The notes under the pieces were generated by a model that saw only the letters and a list, made by a program, of their open reading frames with translations, was not told the origin of the DNA and did no database searches. Positions 38,049-51,559 of a DNA stretch of 62,474 bases are shown here, in pieces (within the stretch, counting starts at the first letter, position 1; each line of letters opens with the position of its first letter). The position numbers and the translations under genes were made by a program. Source of the stretch: Octopus bimaculoides (Eukaryota); contig NC_068998.1 in NCBI RefSeq assembly GCF_001194135.2, positions 28,651,561-28,714,034 of the forward strand. Direction: 5' to 3'.

Positions 38049-38570
38049 CATACTAGCTGAATATCCCATTCTTGCTGGACAATTTTCGTAACAGAATCTC
38101 TTTTGAAATAGCACATGCACATAAGTTGAATTTTCTCCATTTTGACGAAGATTTTTCAAATTTTTTCACCACAGACTTGCAAATGATGATGGGAAAAGCT
38201 TTTTATGAAAAAATTAAAATTTGGAAAACTAAATTTTTTTCAAATCCCTCCCCATACTCAATATCACTTTTGGTCAATTGTTTTTCTTCACTATGTACTT
38301 AAAAACTATGGGGAAGCCTTGTCGTTAAAAGAAAGAAAAATCTTGAAAAATGGTGATCACCATTACAATCTCTACTTCTTTTATTTTCAAACTGAATAGG
38401 AAATAAAATTTAAAAACAATAGCAAAATTTCCTATCATTTTTTCATTAACCCTGCCCTCACCTCTTTAAATTCTGAAATATCAGCATTTTTTTCAAAATA
38501 TTTTTTGCCATAGTTTTAAAATACAGGCAGTTCAAATCTGCAATTATTTCTGTTTATAATTTCAGAACAA
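38049..38570. mobile_element. Probable non-autonomous DNA element (Helitron/HINE-like start actagctgaatatccc)
   Basis: The terminal motif resembles HINE 5' ends; the body is AT-rich with no coding homology recognised. Confidence 0.3.
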
Positions 38571-38664
38571 TTTAAGAATGATTTACCTGTTGATTGTAGC
38601 ACTTCTCACAACCACCTGGTACATTCCTAATATCTTTGTCACTTTAACATGTATTAATGTTTTT

Positions 38665-38790
38665 CAGTATTGGTTAGCCCAGAGCAATAGTAGAAGACAT
38701 TTGCTAAAGATGTCATGCAATGGGACTGAACCTGAAACCACATGGTTAGGAAGTAAGTTTCCTAATCACATACCCATACCTGTATCTATG
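38665..38790 (-). mobile_element. CORE-type SINE 5' half
   Basis: agaagacatttgc...gggactgaacctgaaaccacatggttaggaag. Confidence 0.7.
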
Positions 38791-39770
38791 TGTGTTTATG
38801 TACACACACACAGATGCATACGTGTGGGGGTGGGGGAGTGAGTTTCAAAGGTGGAACTAATCACTTCCTTGGTTGAGTTAATCAAGCTGAGGTGGTGGCT
38901 ACTGAACAGCAAAAGTTCAATTGGAAATTCTTGCTTTGAAATGTTGCTGCTGCTGCTACTGATGATGATGATGATGATGATGATGACTGTGATAGTAGTG
39001 GTGATTGTGTTGTAGTTGTGGTGGGGGTGATGATGCTGATGATGATGATGCAACTGCTTCTGTTGCTACTGCTGCTATTGACAAGAACAACAAACAATGA
39101 GGAAAGTTACTATTGCGAGAGATATGTTGAATCTATTGACTAATCAATCAATCCACTGAGTTTGTTGATCCAAATGTTTAATTGAAAACTTGAGTAATTT
39201 AGGTAAGCAGACTGAAAGAGTATTTGTGTCTGAGACAAGTGTGTATTCATAGGATAGAAGAAGAAGGACATGTGGTTAGAGGAAGTAGAGGAAGAGGGGG
39301 AGGAGAAAATAGATAAAAAAAAAAAGAAAAATGACGAAACTGAAGAAGTAAGATGAGAAGGAGAAGAAAGAGAAAAGAAATAATGAGGAGAATAAAAAGA
39401 AAATAATCATGATGGCAATATGGATCAGGAAGTGGCAGAGGAGTAGGATGAGGTAAGGGATAAGAGAGAAGATGGATGAGAAAGGGGAAAAGAATAATAA
39501 CAGCAGACTGAAGAATTTGGATAATTGATCATCAGAGTCTCAATGATAAATTGATTATAATTTCATAAAGAAGTAATTTAGTTATCAAGCATGAATATTA
39601 ATGCTTGTATTAATAATCTGCTTGACATCTGTAAAAGATATTCTAAGGAGAAAATCTAAAAGTTTAGATTTTCTACTTTCAATTCAACAAACAAGATTTT
39701 TCAGTTGCACTCTGTAAATAAAAGTGAATTCATTTATTTCAAACCAGAAATTATCACCATACACCATAGA

Positions 39771-39819
<49 letters not shown>

Positions 39820-40869
39820 GGGGGGGGAGTGTGTTTAAAATCATCACTTATCTTTTTAATGTCCACTTTTCCATGCTTGCATTGGTCAAAGTTTTTTGAT
39901 CCCTTCCTGTCACCAACTCGGATCTATTTGAAAGCAAGATATTTCCCCGTGGTCAGACATATTTTTGTAGAATATTGGAAATGAATAACACTGCTAGCAT
40001 GACAGTGACACTCATTTACAACTATCACACGATATCAAAATGAGAAGACATAGCAGTACACATTTAATGTATTCAATAAAACATATAATCAACAACACGT
40101 ACTGAATCAATCAACATACTTCAGTATTCATGGGCCTTGAATGCAGGAGGCTTGTGAACAGAGGAAAGTAATTAATCTAGGGCTGAATGTGTAATGCAAG
40201 TGTGGATGAATGTGTTAAGAGAAAAAGTGGGCATAAGAAGAATCAGATGTAATGTGTAAGAAAGTAGACTATACTGGTATGGACATGTGATGTGCATGGA
40301 TGAGGACAGCTGCATAAAGAAGGGCCAATCATTTACTGTAAATGGAGCTTGTAGAAGAGGGTGATTCAGGAAGATAAGGGATGAGATAGTGATCATTGAT
40401 CTCAAGATCTCATGGCGATGACAAAAAAAATTAGGATGAATGTGGTTCTGCAGAAGACAGTCACCTCTGCAAAACTGAGATTCTGGGAGCACAATGTATA
40501 TATAACTGCACAACTGATCCTCCACCTAATTTCCTCTTTAAAACATTCCCACTACCTATCATCTTTCTAACTGCACTATTCTGCTGCTGTAATTAAATGT
40601 GAATAGAACAGCATAATTCACCAGCTCTTCCCTGGTATCACTTATCCTTCTAACTCCCTGGGACCAGTTCACTTGTTATTCATCTTTCATTCTTAAATTT
40701 ATCTTCTCCAACCAAATTTTACATTGATAAACCTCCTGAGCCATCAAATTATTCACTATGTCAACCATATACTCTTACAACCTGCCCATCCAAATGTCAT
40801 CTCCCCCTCTTTCTTTCTACCATCCTCTCTCATTCTTCTTCTTTCTACTGTATTACTATTCTTATTATT

Positions 40870-41090
40870 TGGTGAGATGGTAGAATTGTTAAGACACCAG
40901 ACAAAATGCTTAGTGGCATTTCATTTATCTTTATGTTCTAAGTTCAAATCCTGCTGAGTTGACTTTGCCTTTCATCTTTTTGAGTTTGATAAAATGAGCA
41001 TCAGTTGAGTACTAGAGTCAATGTAATTGATTAGCACCATCCCACAACATTTCAGGCCTTGTGGCAAAATTAGAAAGTATTATCATAACT
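40870..41090 (+). mobile_element. Nin/Deu-domain SINE
   Basis: gttcaaatcctgctgagttgactttgcctttcatc, the same family as 13527-13722. Confidence 0.75.
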
Positions 41091-41469
41091 ATTTTGTTGC
41101 TCTTTATACCCTCTTTCCTGAGCTGTCAGTCATTTCCTACTCTCCTCTACCTCCTCCACACCTTATATGTATCATTGTTTAATCAGCAACCTTACCCAAT
41201 TGCTACAGTTGTCACCTCTCTCTTCCCTACTTACCATCCCTGAACACTTTATTATTCTTTATTATATCATTATTCTATTTTATATTCACCCTCTCATCCA
41301 TTCCGTATTTCTAGCCATCTCTCACTCAGTAAAGGGATTGGTATTAAGAAGGGTATCCAGCCATGAAATGAAACCTATGAATGAGACAAGATCATCTGAC
41401 CCATTTTGGAGAGCAACAACAACCCATCCAATGCACGCCAGCATGGAATGTTCACATAAAACCATAATT

Positions 41470-41720
41470 CATCATCATCATCATTTAACGTCTGTTGTCA
41501 TTGCTGGCATGGGTTGGACAGTTTGACCAGGGCTGACAAGCAGGGAGGCTGCACCAGACTCCAGTTTGTTTTGACATGGTTTCTACAGCTGGATGCCCTT
41601 CCTAACGCCAACCACACTGAGAGTGTAATGGGTGCTTTTAGGTGCCACCTGCATGGGTGCCATTTGCATGACACCAGTATCTTCCACAACTGTGATTTTA
41701 CTTGGCTTGATGGGTTGATT
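41470..41720 (-). mobile_element. RTE 3'-end fragment, tail-to-tail with a plus-strand copy at ~41340-41470
   Basis: (cat)n ttaacgtctg...ctggatgcccttcctaacgccaacc. Confidence 0.75.
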
Positions 41721-41823
41721 ATTTCTATATATATATCAAATCACTGATTAGGACCTCATGGAGTAGATGTCAAAGAATTAGGATGGCTGGCTACACATAG
41801 TTCTATTGACATAGATCATATCT

Positions 41824-41901
<78 letters not shown>

Positions 41902-42325
41902 AAAGTCTCTAATCACATGTAGGTAAATGCCAAAAAGAGAATTTATAAGTAAGGCATAGTCATTGATCCATTTAGGATAGCAGCAACTCTGAATAAGAAA
42001 TAAGTCAGAGCATGTCAACACATCCAAATCCTGTCAGCATAGGAATTACATGCACTCATTCACACGCCCACATACACATGCATACATAATAAAAGAGATA
42101 ATAAAATGGTGTAACATGTTGACATTGTTGTAATTGAAATACTATTGGATTATGAAATATTGTGAATAATGCTCAAAAATACAGCAGTATCATATAAAAT
42201 ATAGTTTTGCACACTGCAACATGTAAAATATTGTTCTTCTTACCCCAGTTTTCATTTCTAATTTGCATTCTCCATTTATCATACCATCTTTTTTGCCACT
42301 GTAATCTCTCACTTTCTTTTTTATG

Positions 42326-42363
<38 letters not shown>

Positions 42364-43199
42364 GTCTCTCTCTCTGTCTCTCTCTCTCTCTCTGTCTCTC
42401 TCTCTCTCTCAGTCTCTCTCTCAGTCTCTCTCTCTCTAGTCACCTGCTCTTGGGTTTTCCTTATATTCAAAAAAGTTAATGCAAAAATACACTGTACAGT
42501 AGCATGTTTTTGCATTGGATCACAAATATTGCTGTAAACTGCAGCTAATTGAGGCTGTTCAAATATTGGTGGTTATTAAAGATGAATTGATAATAATTTC
42601 ATTAATTACCAAAAATATTTTGATTAATATATTAATTGGGATAAGACATATAAAGCAAAAATGCATTTAAACATTTACCATCTAATAAAAAGGAATTAGT
42701 AATAAAAAGATCTTAACAAAAATTATGCCATATGACATAATTTTTGAATACACATGCACACTAAATATGCATATATGTGTGTTTGCATATGTATGCATAT
42801 ATATGTGTGTGTGCATGTAATACATATACACGATACAATCAGGCATACTTATCCACATGCATGCAAACACATATATTGTGATCTTTTATTGGTGAAACTA
42901 TTAATATATGTTTATCAATATCTATCTGTCTGTCTGTTTCCCCATCCCCTCTATATACCCAGGTTCTCACTGGTCACTGCATTCCCCACCTCCACGCACT
43001 ACTTGCTTCTTGGCAATACCCTGCAGCCACCTGCTACCATTTATCTCTCTCTTCGTTACTCTACCATCCCATTTGTGCTCTGATCCACGTTCCTGGTGTG
43101 TGCGCCCTGGCACTTCACCACCAAACTCTCTCCTGCTATTGCTGTCTCACTCTCTCTCTCTCTCTCTCTCTCTTGTCAAAACAGACACAAAAGTATGCT

Positions 43200-43253
43200 G
43201 GCCAGCTCCTGTCAGACCATCCAACACATGCCGGCATGGAAGGAGGACGTTAA

Positions 43254-43285
<32 letters not shown>

Positions 43286-43335
43286 ATCATCATCATCATC
43301 ATCATCGTTTAACGTCCGTTTTCCATGCTGGCATG
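43200..43335. repeat. Tail-to-tail pair of RTE 3' ends forming a palindrome centred on gatatc (43283-43288)
   Basis: gcatggaaggaggacgttaaa(tga)n / (tca)n tcgtttaacgtccgttttccatgc. Confidence 0.9.
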
Positions 43336-43672
43336 GGATATATACATATATTCTTATTAATGCCTAGCTTCCAAACCGGGCAGTTCAACAAGACCTTACA
43401 CGTCAGAGGAGTGTGTTGTGCTCCAAGTTTACTTTGACATAATTTCTATGGCTGGGCACTCTTCCTAACACCAACCAACTTGCTGAGTGAACTGACAGCT
43501 TTTTTTCATGACATCAAAACAAGTGAAGATCACCTTGTAATTTGCAAGACTTAAGGGCTAAGGCAGCTCCTATAACTAAGAGAGACTAGAAAAGTGAGTG
43601 GGCAATGATTCTAGGCAATTTGATGAGGGAGGATAAGTAAGGGAAGAGAGTAGATTCATAGTTATGATAGGA

Positions 43673-44337
43673 CAGTTGTGGGATCTATTTCAAAACGGGG
43701 GCACCAGTATTTTCTTAACGAAACACTAACGAAACACTTTGAAACTTGGGACACTGGTAGAATGTGTCATATAAAACGCCTTTTACTCTTAGTCTTCTTA
43801 ACAAAAAAACATACATCGCAAGTTATTCCATGTTAAAGTTGTCGTATTTCTGTAATTTCAACCAATCACTGACGTCTATTCAGCTGAATAGAGTTACTGC
43901 TGGGCGGTCATAAAAATGTTATTCCCTGTGACATATTTCATCCGGTTTAATCGTAATTTACACGCATATATTGTTTATATAATAAATTACGCTGTACGTA
44001 TCTATGTGTGTAACAATTTTAGAGTTCGGATTCTAGAGTTAGGGTTAGTTTTAGGGTTAGGGTTAGGGTTAACAGTCTAGTTAGGGTTAGGGGATTAATA
44101 CGATATACACCGTTACAGCGCTAACTGTTTTCAACTGAATAGACGTCAGTGATTAGTAGAAATTATCGAAATAAGACAATTTTTTACATGAAATAAATTC
44201 GAATACAAAAATTTTTTTCTGTTCTATAACACAAAATAGATAAGTATACGAAGTTTGAAAGTCTTTCGGTACCAAAAACACTACATAAAACATAAATGAA
44301 AACTGGTGCCCCCGTTTTGAAATAGATCCGATAACTG
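43673..44337. mobile_element. MITE with long imperfect TIRs and internal (TTAGGG)n
   Basis: Perfect 28-bp inverted termini ggatctatttcaaaacgggggcaccagt (43681-43708 / 44302-44329). Inverted similarity continues ~200 bp inward. TTAGGG repeats lie at ~44038-44093. Confidence 0.9.
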
Positions 44338-44989
44338 ACAGTGCAGAAAAGGATGCATAAAGACATTTGTGTTAGAACATGTAATGCTGCATGGTAGTGA
44401 AATATGAGCCTTGAATGCAGAGAACATGAGAAGACTGAACAGAAATGAAGTGAGCAAGCCATGTTGGATATACAGTGTAGGTGGGTGTGCATGAAAGACA
44501 GTAGAAATGTGCTGAGGAAAACTGGGCATGAAAGGAATCAGGTGTGGTTAGCAAGAAAGAAGACTGCACTGGTGTAGACATGTGATGTGCATAGATGAAG
44601 ATAGTTGTATAAAGAAATGCTGTGCATGGAGTTTGCTGTAGAAGGAGACCCAAGAAGACATGCAACAAAGTGATAAAGGCTGAACTCAAGACCTTGAACC
44701 TCACAGAGTTGATGACAAAGCACCAGAATGGCTAGTAATAATATATGGTTCTCAAGAAGACCTTCCCAAATTTGTGAAACTAAGTTCTGGAAGTGGTGCA
44801 TGGGTGCACATGCATGCATGGGTTCACATGTGTGCATGTGTGTGTGAATACACAACTGGGCCCTTTTCCAAAAAAAACACCACTGTATATCCTAGATCGG
44901 TGTAAGTCATGTATAGAGGTGCATTAGGAAAATGAGAGTTGGCAACGATGAATTTTTGAAGTTGATGCTTGCTAAGATTCAATTCTCAG

Positions 44990-45900
44990 CTTCCTCCTAA
45001 TCTATCTATTCAAATTTCTCAAGCTATAACAGACAACTTTAAGACCAGCTGTTTGAGAAAACCTGTGTGTTGATGACTTAGACCTTATAGCAGAGTGTGT
45101 GAAAGACTTAGATGAGAAAAATATGGAAGCAAAACCCAGAGTTCAGAGGTCTCAGGGCAAACTAGATAGAGAAAAAGACAGGACACTGCTGCTATCAAGG
45201 AAAAGGCACAGTTAATATGAAGAGAAGGAATCAGTAAGAACTGCATCTAGTGTACATAATGTGAACTATGGTGCATAAAAGGTGTAATGGGATTACAATC
45301 AGACTGATAGTAAATAAAGCTTTGTATGTGGGTAATGTGCAGAAGTAGTTAACAGTCAGTGCAGTAGTGAAAATAAATGCCTTTCAATACAAGAAAGACT
45401 CTATAGATGTAGTTGACAACTTCTGTTACCTGGACAACCTAATCAGTATTAAAGGAATGTACTTCTGAAAACATTGCAGCCAGAATCTGTAAAAAAGTTG
45501 AGAAAGCTGATACCTCAACTGGCAATAAGGAAATTCTCTCTTCAAGTGAAGGGTTGATTATGTTCCATGTGTCCTAAGTACAATGTTGCATGCTTGTGAG
45601 ACATAGACATTGACTACAAAGGAAGGATGAAGCAAGCATGCTCTGCTGAATGTGTAATAGGGATCAGATGGAAAATAAATTAGGTATAAGAGGAATCAGC
45701 TTTGGTGTTGAAATATGAAGACTATGTTGGTACAGACATTTGATGCATATGCAAGATAACAGATGGATAAAGAAGTGCTAGGATATCTAAGAGGAAGGAA
45801 ACTGTGGAAGAGAAAGGCAAGAAAAGATTGATGCAGAAATAGAACAGGCTGAGCTCAGAGATAACAAAATGACTACAACAAATGGTAAAACACAATGTTG
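44990..45900 (+). mobile_element. RTE LINE RT-to-C-terminus relic
   Basis: VDDLDLIAE, WCIKGVMG (W.HK.CSG-like) and FCYLDN (F.YLGD-like) motifs; decayed. Confidence 0.65.
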
Positions 45901-47157
45901 AAAAGAACTCATTCAAACCATTCAAACATGGAAAAGTAGATGTGATTATGACATATGCATACATGTGTGTGTGTGTGTGTGTGTTTCCATGCGTCTTTGC
46001 ATTGACAACACTTTGACAGTGGTAACATTGTTTGTCATGCATAAGCACAAAGTTTGGTAGCTTGGCTGTTTTAACATGCAAAGACATGTAATTATGCTGG
46101 AATGCTACCTGAATAATCACATAAAATCTGTGCAAACATGGAGAAAAGCCTGTGTAAAAATGATAACTGGCAATGCCATTGCTGCTGCCATCTCTGCCAC
46201 TATCAACAATGTATATACATATATACACATTCACACGCAGGCACACACGCACACTAACTATATATTCTATACGGAGAATATTTGATTCTCATCTATGAAC
46301 TATGTATATTTATATTTATACCAATCTATTCAGTACATTCAGTTCAGAAATAAATCAGATCAGTCTAGATAGAGAGTCAAGGCTAATGTAAAGAATATAG
46401 CATAAAAATTAACTATAAAGACTAATGAATATAGTAGATAGGCTAACAATAAATACTATTAGTATAAAATAATGATTATAATAAAAAGATTAACAATGAA
46501 AACTAAGAAATGAAGTGTGGAGACTATTGATACCAAAGAATATAATAAATAGATGCAAAAGTATAGATGAAAGAATGTAGTCCACAGATTAACAGTAAAA
46601 TCTAAAGAATATATTAAAAAAAACAAAAACATTTGTTTTTATACTTTCTCTGCAGACAGCATTATTTAATCAGGTCTCAGAAATTGCCTTTTTCAAACTC
46701 ATACTGTGTGAATTATGTGACTTCAACATTTTAAATCTGGAATCTTATCTCTTGTCATCTATTTTGAACTATAGATATTATCTAGAGTCAGCTCACATTG
46801 GTTAGTCATCCATACATTGGTAATGACAAAACTGCCAATTCCTGTATTATTGATGTGTATAGATGTCAACATCACTCTATAATACATTTATATTAATTGG
46901 CCTATCAGAATATGAAATATTAATTGCCACTGCATAAATGATCAAATTAGTTGATAGACATAACAACTATTTAATGATCTCGAAAATATTTCTTTAACAA
47001 TTTGTCTCAGAATTGGGAGTTCTTGAGTGGCCCAACATTGGGATGAGATGTACTGGGGGCATATTTCCACATCATTAAAAATGGAAATAAGAAAGGAGAG
47101 AGAGAGGAGGATGATACAGATGCAGAGAAGAGAGAAAGAGACAGAAGACAGAGGGAA

Positions 47158-47233
<76 letters not shown>

Positions 47234-47699
47234 GAAGGAGAGTTTAAAGAGATACTAGCTGGTAGTTTCAAAACAGTTTTCTTCTGGTTTAGTTGATAAT
47301 TTGCTGGGTTCAAGCAAACCTATTAAGAAAGGGTAAAAAAAGGGTCAAACAACAGTTGATGGTTGAAGTAAGGTTAAACCAAAGAAGCTGGTTTAGGATA
47401 GTATCATTTGCAGATTGCTTTTTATTTCGAAGCAGTAGACAGCAGTTTGTGTGGAGAGGTTTTGTGCTGGTAGTTGTCTACTATTTTTTTTTCTAGCTTC
47501 ATTTGATAGTGAAGTCTCTACTAAAGGCATCTGTTGCTGCCATCCTCTCTTTCTGTTTTACTCCCTATTTCTCTGGTGTTTTACTATCTCTCATTCATAA
47601 ATTTCTATCAGTATGTTTCTCTTCACCTGCCTCTCTCTCTCATATATGACTCCTTCAGTCAGCTTGTTTCTCATACTTTGATGTACTGCTGTATTATTC

Positions 47700-47812
<113 letters not shown>

Positions 47813-48516
47813 CATTCACTCACTGGTGTATTTTACTTTTCTTTGTTTATGTTATTTGCCATATGTCTGAAGCAGTATTGTTCCTAGAATCTTATCTTCT
47901 TGCTGGAGTGATTGGTGTTAGGGTTAGTTACTGACAGGTAGTTGCAAAGGGATTGATTTTTGTTAGTGGTGGCATTACAACTGGTTTTGAATTTTTGACT
48001 ATTGACTGCTTTCATTCACCCCTTATTTATATTTTTATTTGTCAGTATCTAATGTGTTATCTATGTATTCATTGCTTTGGGTTATTAAAATCTCTTCCAT
48101 CAGTCATCAACTAGTTTTGTTGTGAATACTGTATAGGTTGATATGCTGTTTACTCATGTTTTCCTATCAAGTGTTATTCTATGATATGTTATGTAATGCT
48201 TTGGGATTGTTTCTCTTTGAAAAATGTGTGTTAAACCTGGAAGAAAGTATCATACTTATCTGGTTGATGCAACAAAGTTGTGACCTTTACAATTTTCATG
48301 TTTACAATCTAATTTGTAAATCACATTGCTCTTTAGTAGCATATATTATTTTGTTATAGGTAAAGTGAGTTTAAACTTAAGTTTTTTTTCCTTGTAATAT
48401 ATTATTAGTGTTAGTTTAAGATTGGGTACTACACATTTTTGCATATAGTTTCTTAATTTTTTTTTCCAGACTAGAGCTCCTTTTGGATCTTTTCCAAAGT
48501 TGTTGTTGACAAACAA

Positions 48517-48718
48517 CAGCAGTAATTTTATTCAGCTGAATACACGTCATTGATTGGTTGAAATTACCGAAATACGACAACTTTAACATGAAATAACTTT
48601 GAAAATACAAACTTTTCTCAACGATGCTAAGAGTAAAAGATGTTCTATATGACACATTCTACCAGTATACGAAGTTTCAAAGTGTTTAGTAAAAGAAATT
48701 AATTAATCGAGCTGCCCA
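48517..48718 (-). mobile_element. Single arm related to the 43673-44337 MITE TIR
   Basis: The reverse complement matches cactttgaaactt...ctggtagaatgtgtcatata...gttaaagttgtcgtatttc.gtaatttcaaccaatca...tattcagctgaata. Confidence 0.8.
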
Positions 48719-49399
48719 TGAAAAGGAAAAGATCCCTCCTTTTTAGAGCATATATTTTATCAGTGTCCTCTTGTAGTGTCAGTTAAAAATGAGGTGTTAA
48801 AAATAAATTTTGATAATTTTTTAATATTCAAATATATGTTTTAAACCAAAAAATGTAATTGCACAAAGGTACCTAAAATTATTTAGTTATTTGATTTATT
48901 AATGTGAAGGATGGGTCTGATTTGACGAGACTAATTTTTCCCCAAGGATGCCCAAGCATCTTTGGGGAAAATTACTTAGTTTGATTACCTAGTTTGACTA
49001 GTTGGAGTTAGTTTTCTTTCTTGTAGCAACTAAATCCACGTTCAGCTGAATATAACAAGGAAAATGGAATTAAGATCTTTTGTCACAATGACTCATGATT
49101 GAGAGTAAAGATTTGTAATTTGGAACTACAACCAGAAATGATGATATCCATTTTAAAATTTGAGTTTTAGTATCTCTACCTTGTCTTTGAGCACAGAAAG
49201 GTTCAAGAATTAGTAAATTTTCCATGTCCCAAGTTGCATTTGAACAGATCTAGTTTTGAAACAAATACACATAGAACATCCTTTATTTTAATCAAATTTA
49301 GTTTATGTTCTTGTAATGCAAACTCATTTTATTAAACTTGAAATATAAATTTCACATAGAATCCATGTTAATTTAAAAAAATGTAAAAGCAATTCAGGC

Positions 49400-50260
49400 A
49401 AGTGCCATTCCACAACTTGTGAGCTTCAGTGTGGAATAGCAACTGATTAGATTCATAATCACTTTATTTGCACCATTCTTCAAATAATCTTTCACAGAGG
49501 TAATCATTTCTGATATTGTTAATTGCTGTAATGATGTATTGTAATGAGTGCAATAATGTTTTATTTTTTTCCAAACTACATGACAAATCAAGCAATGCAC
49601 CACCAATACACTGAGCACATTTCTAGAGAAGAACTTCTCCACATGGTACCAATTGACAAACACATTTGTAGGAAGAATCTTCTTTTCTTTCAAAAACTCT
49701 TACACAAACGAACTATCAACTCACCTTCAGTATTTGTTACCAAATGCTGAGCAAATAATAATCTCTTCATTTATATACTAAATGCAATCTAACAGCAAAG
49801 CTTTGTCCCCTGGTAGAGTTAAATCATCTATTTACATTGAAAATTGGGCAGTTCTCAAAAAATTACAGAATGTGTCTTCCATATCCTTGCCTATTTTGTA
49901 AATTAGTTGTATTATTTCTAAAAGAAATTTTATTGATTATGTCAGTCTGTGGCTCATGCAACATGATAAGGATCAATCCTTTCTTTACAAGCCGTAGACA
50001 AGTTTCTGAAATTTTGTAAAAGGCACACAACCCATTATTTTCTTGCATTGAAGCACATGAAGACAGTCAACATTGTCAGTTATTTACAAAATTAATCTGG
50101 AAGTGCTTCAGTATAAGATGAATCTTTATTTGTCTTGACAGTGTGAAATTTTTTTAAAGTGCTTTTCTAGCCTTGAAAGTTTCATTGGAAAACACTTTTT
50201 GGCAAATCAGGCACATTGGTAATAAGTTGTCTGTAAGTGATGGAATAAAGCCATATATTT
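49400..50260 (-). mobile_element. Mutator-like (MULE) transposase relic
   Basis: HCLICHVVWKKIK (C.FH..Q..W+K-like), DYLK..., and frameshifted VEWH (RTNN.VEGWH-like). Confidence 0.5.
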
Positions 50261-51118
50261 AATATTTGATACTATTCTGCCAACACTTCTCCTTAGGTTC
50301 TGCCATTACTATGTGTCTAAAACATATATTACAGTTATTATATGCATTATTATTTATATTTTATATTATTCATTAAATAACATCATGCTATTAGAATGTG
50401 TAATGCAGGTGACAAATTTATGAACAACTATTAATTTATATAAGTTTTGCTGTTTGTCATCTCCACCACTCCTTAAATTCACATCATGCCTCTTCTTTGC
50501 TACACCCTTACCTTCCTTCCTATACCATAAGATTGTAGTAACACTTCAGGAATCACTTTTGTGTAGCTTGTATGAATTTGATTCGTGTATTACAATTTGT
50601 GTTGAGTGTGTATTTTTAATAGCTGTAGTATCTTAGATATATATTCTAATAGCTTGTTCATATATATGTTGTTGATCTGTAGCTTTGTTGCATTGGCCAT
50701 ACAAACGAAGAGATAAGTATGTAAACTCTAGAAACTTTATGCTTCTAAACAAACTGAGAAAAACATAAATATTTAAAAAGACTTGAATTGCATTTGCACA
50801 AAACACACACACACACACAAATAATAAAAACACATATACACTCCCACACACTATACATATGTATATTTGAAATACAATATATACACAACCTATATTGTAA
50901 GGTTGTGGCATATGTTTGTTATGCTAAAATCATTGTTTTGCATGATTTATGTTTTGTTTAGAGTTGTTTAACGAACTATGCCTTAATACATATACACTGT
51001 CAGAGAATCTTAGTTAAATGTGAATATTTGCAAAGCTCTCTTTCTATTGAAAATTTGATAATAATAACTTAATGTGCATGCATGTGTGTATGTGTGTGTA
51101 CATACATACATGCACGTG

Positions 51119-51166
<48 letters not shown>

Positions 51167-51559
51167 GAAGAAGAGTGACATAAAGAAGAGTGCAGTGAAA
51201 TTGCTGTTGGGAGTGAAATTTCCAATGTTTTGGACAGGATTCTTTCTTCAGGATTAAGACGAAAGGAGTGGGAAAAAAGACAGCAGAGTTTTACATCCTT
51301 TATGCTTGAGCAACTAGCTGTAACTTATGAGGAACAAGAGACAATGTGAGCTTTCATATGTAGACAGGAAGTTGATGGAGAGAGAAACTTGATGAGAAAG
51401 AGGCAGAAGGATAAAGAAATAAAAAGAGGAAGAGAAGTGAGCAAGAGTGAGATGGAGGGAAAAATTAAAATGAGAGGGAAGCTGAAGAATAAAAATTAAG
51501 AGGAAGTGTAGAAATAGAAGGAAAAGCAGTCGTTGAAACTTTAGTGACATGGTTCTGAG

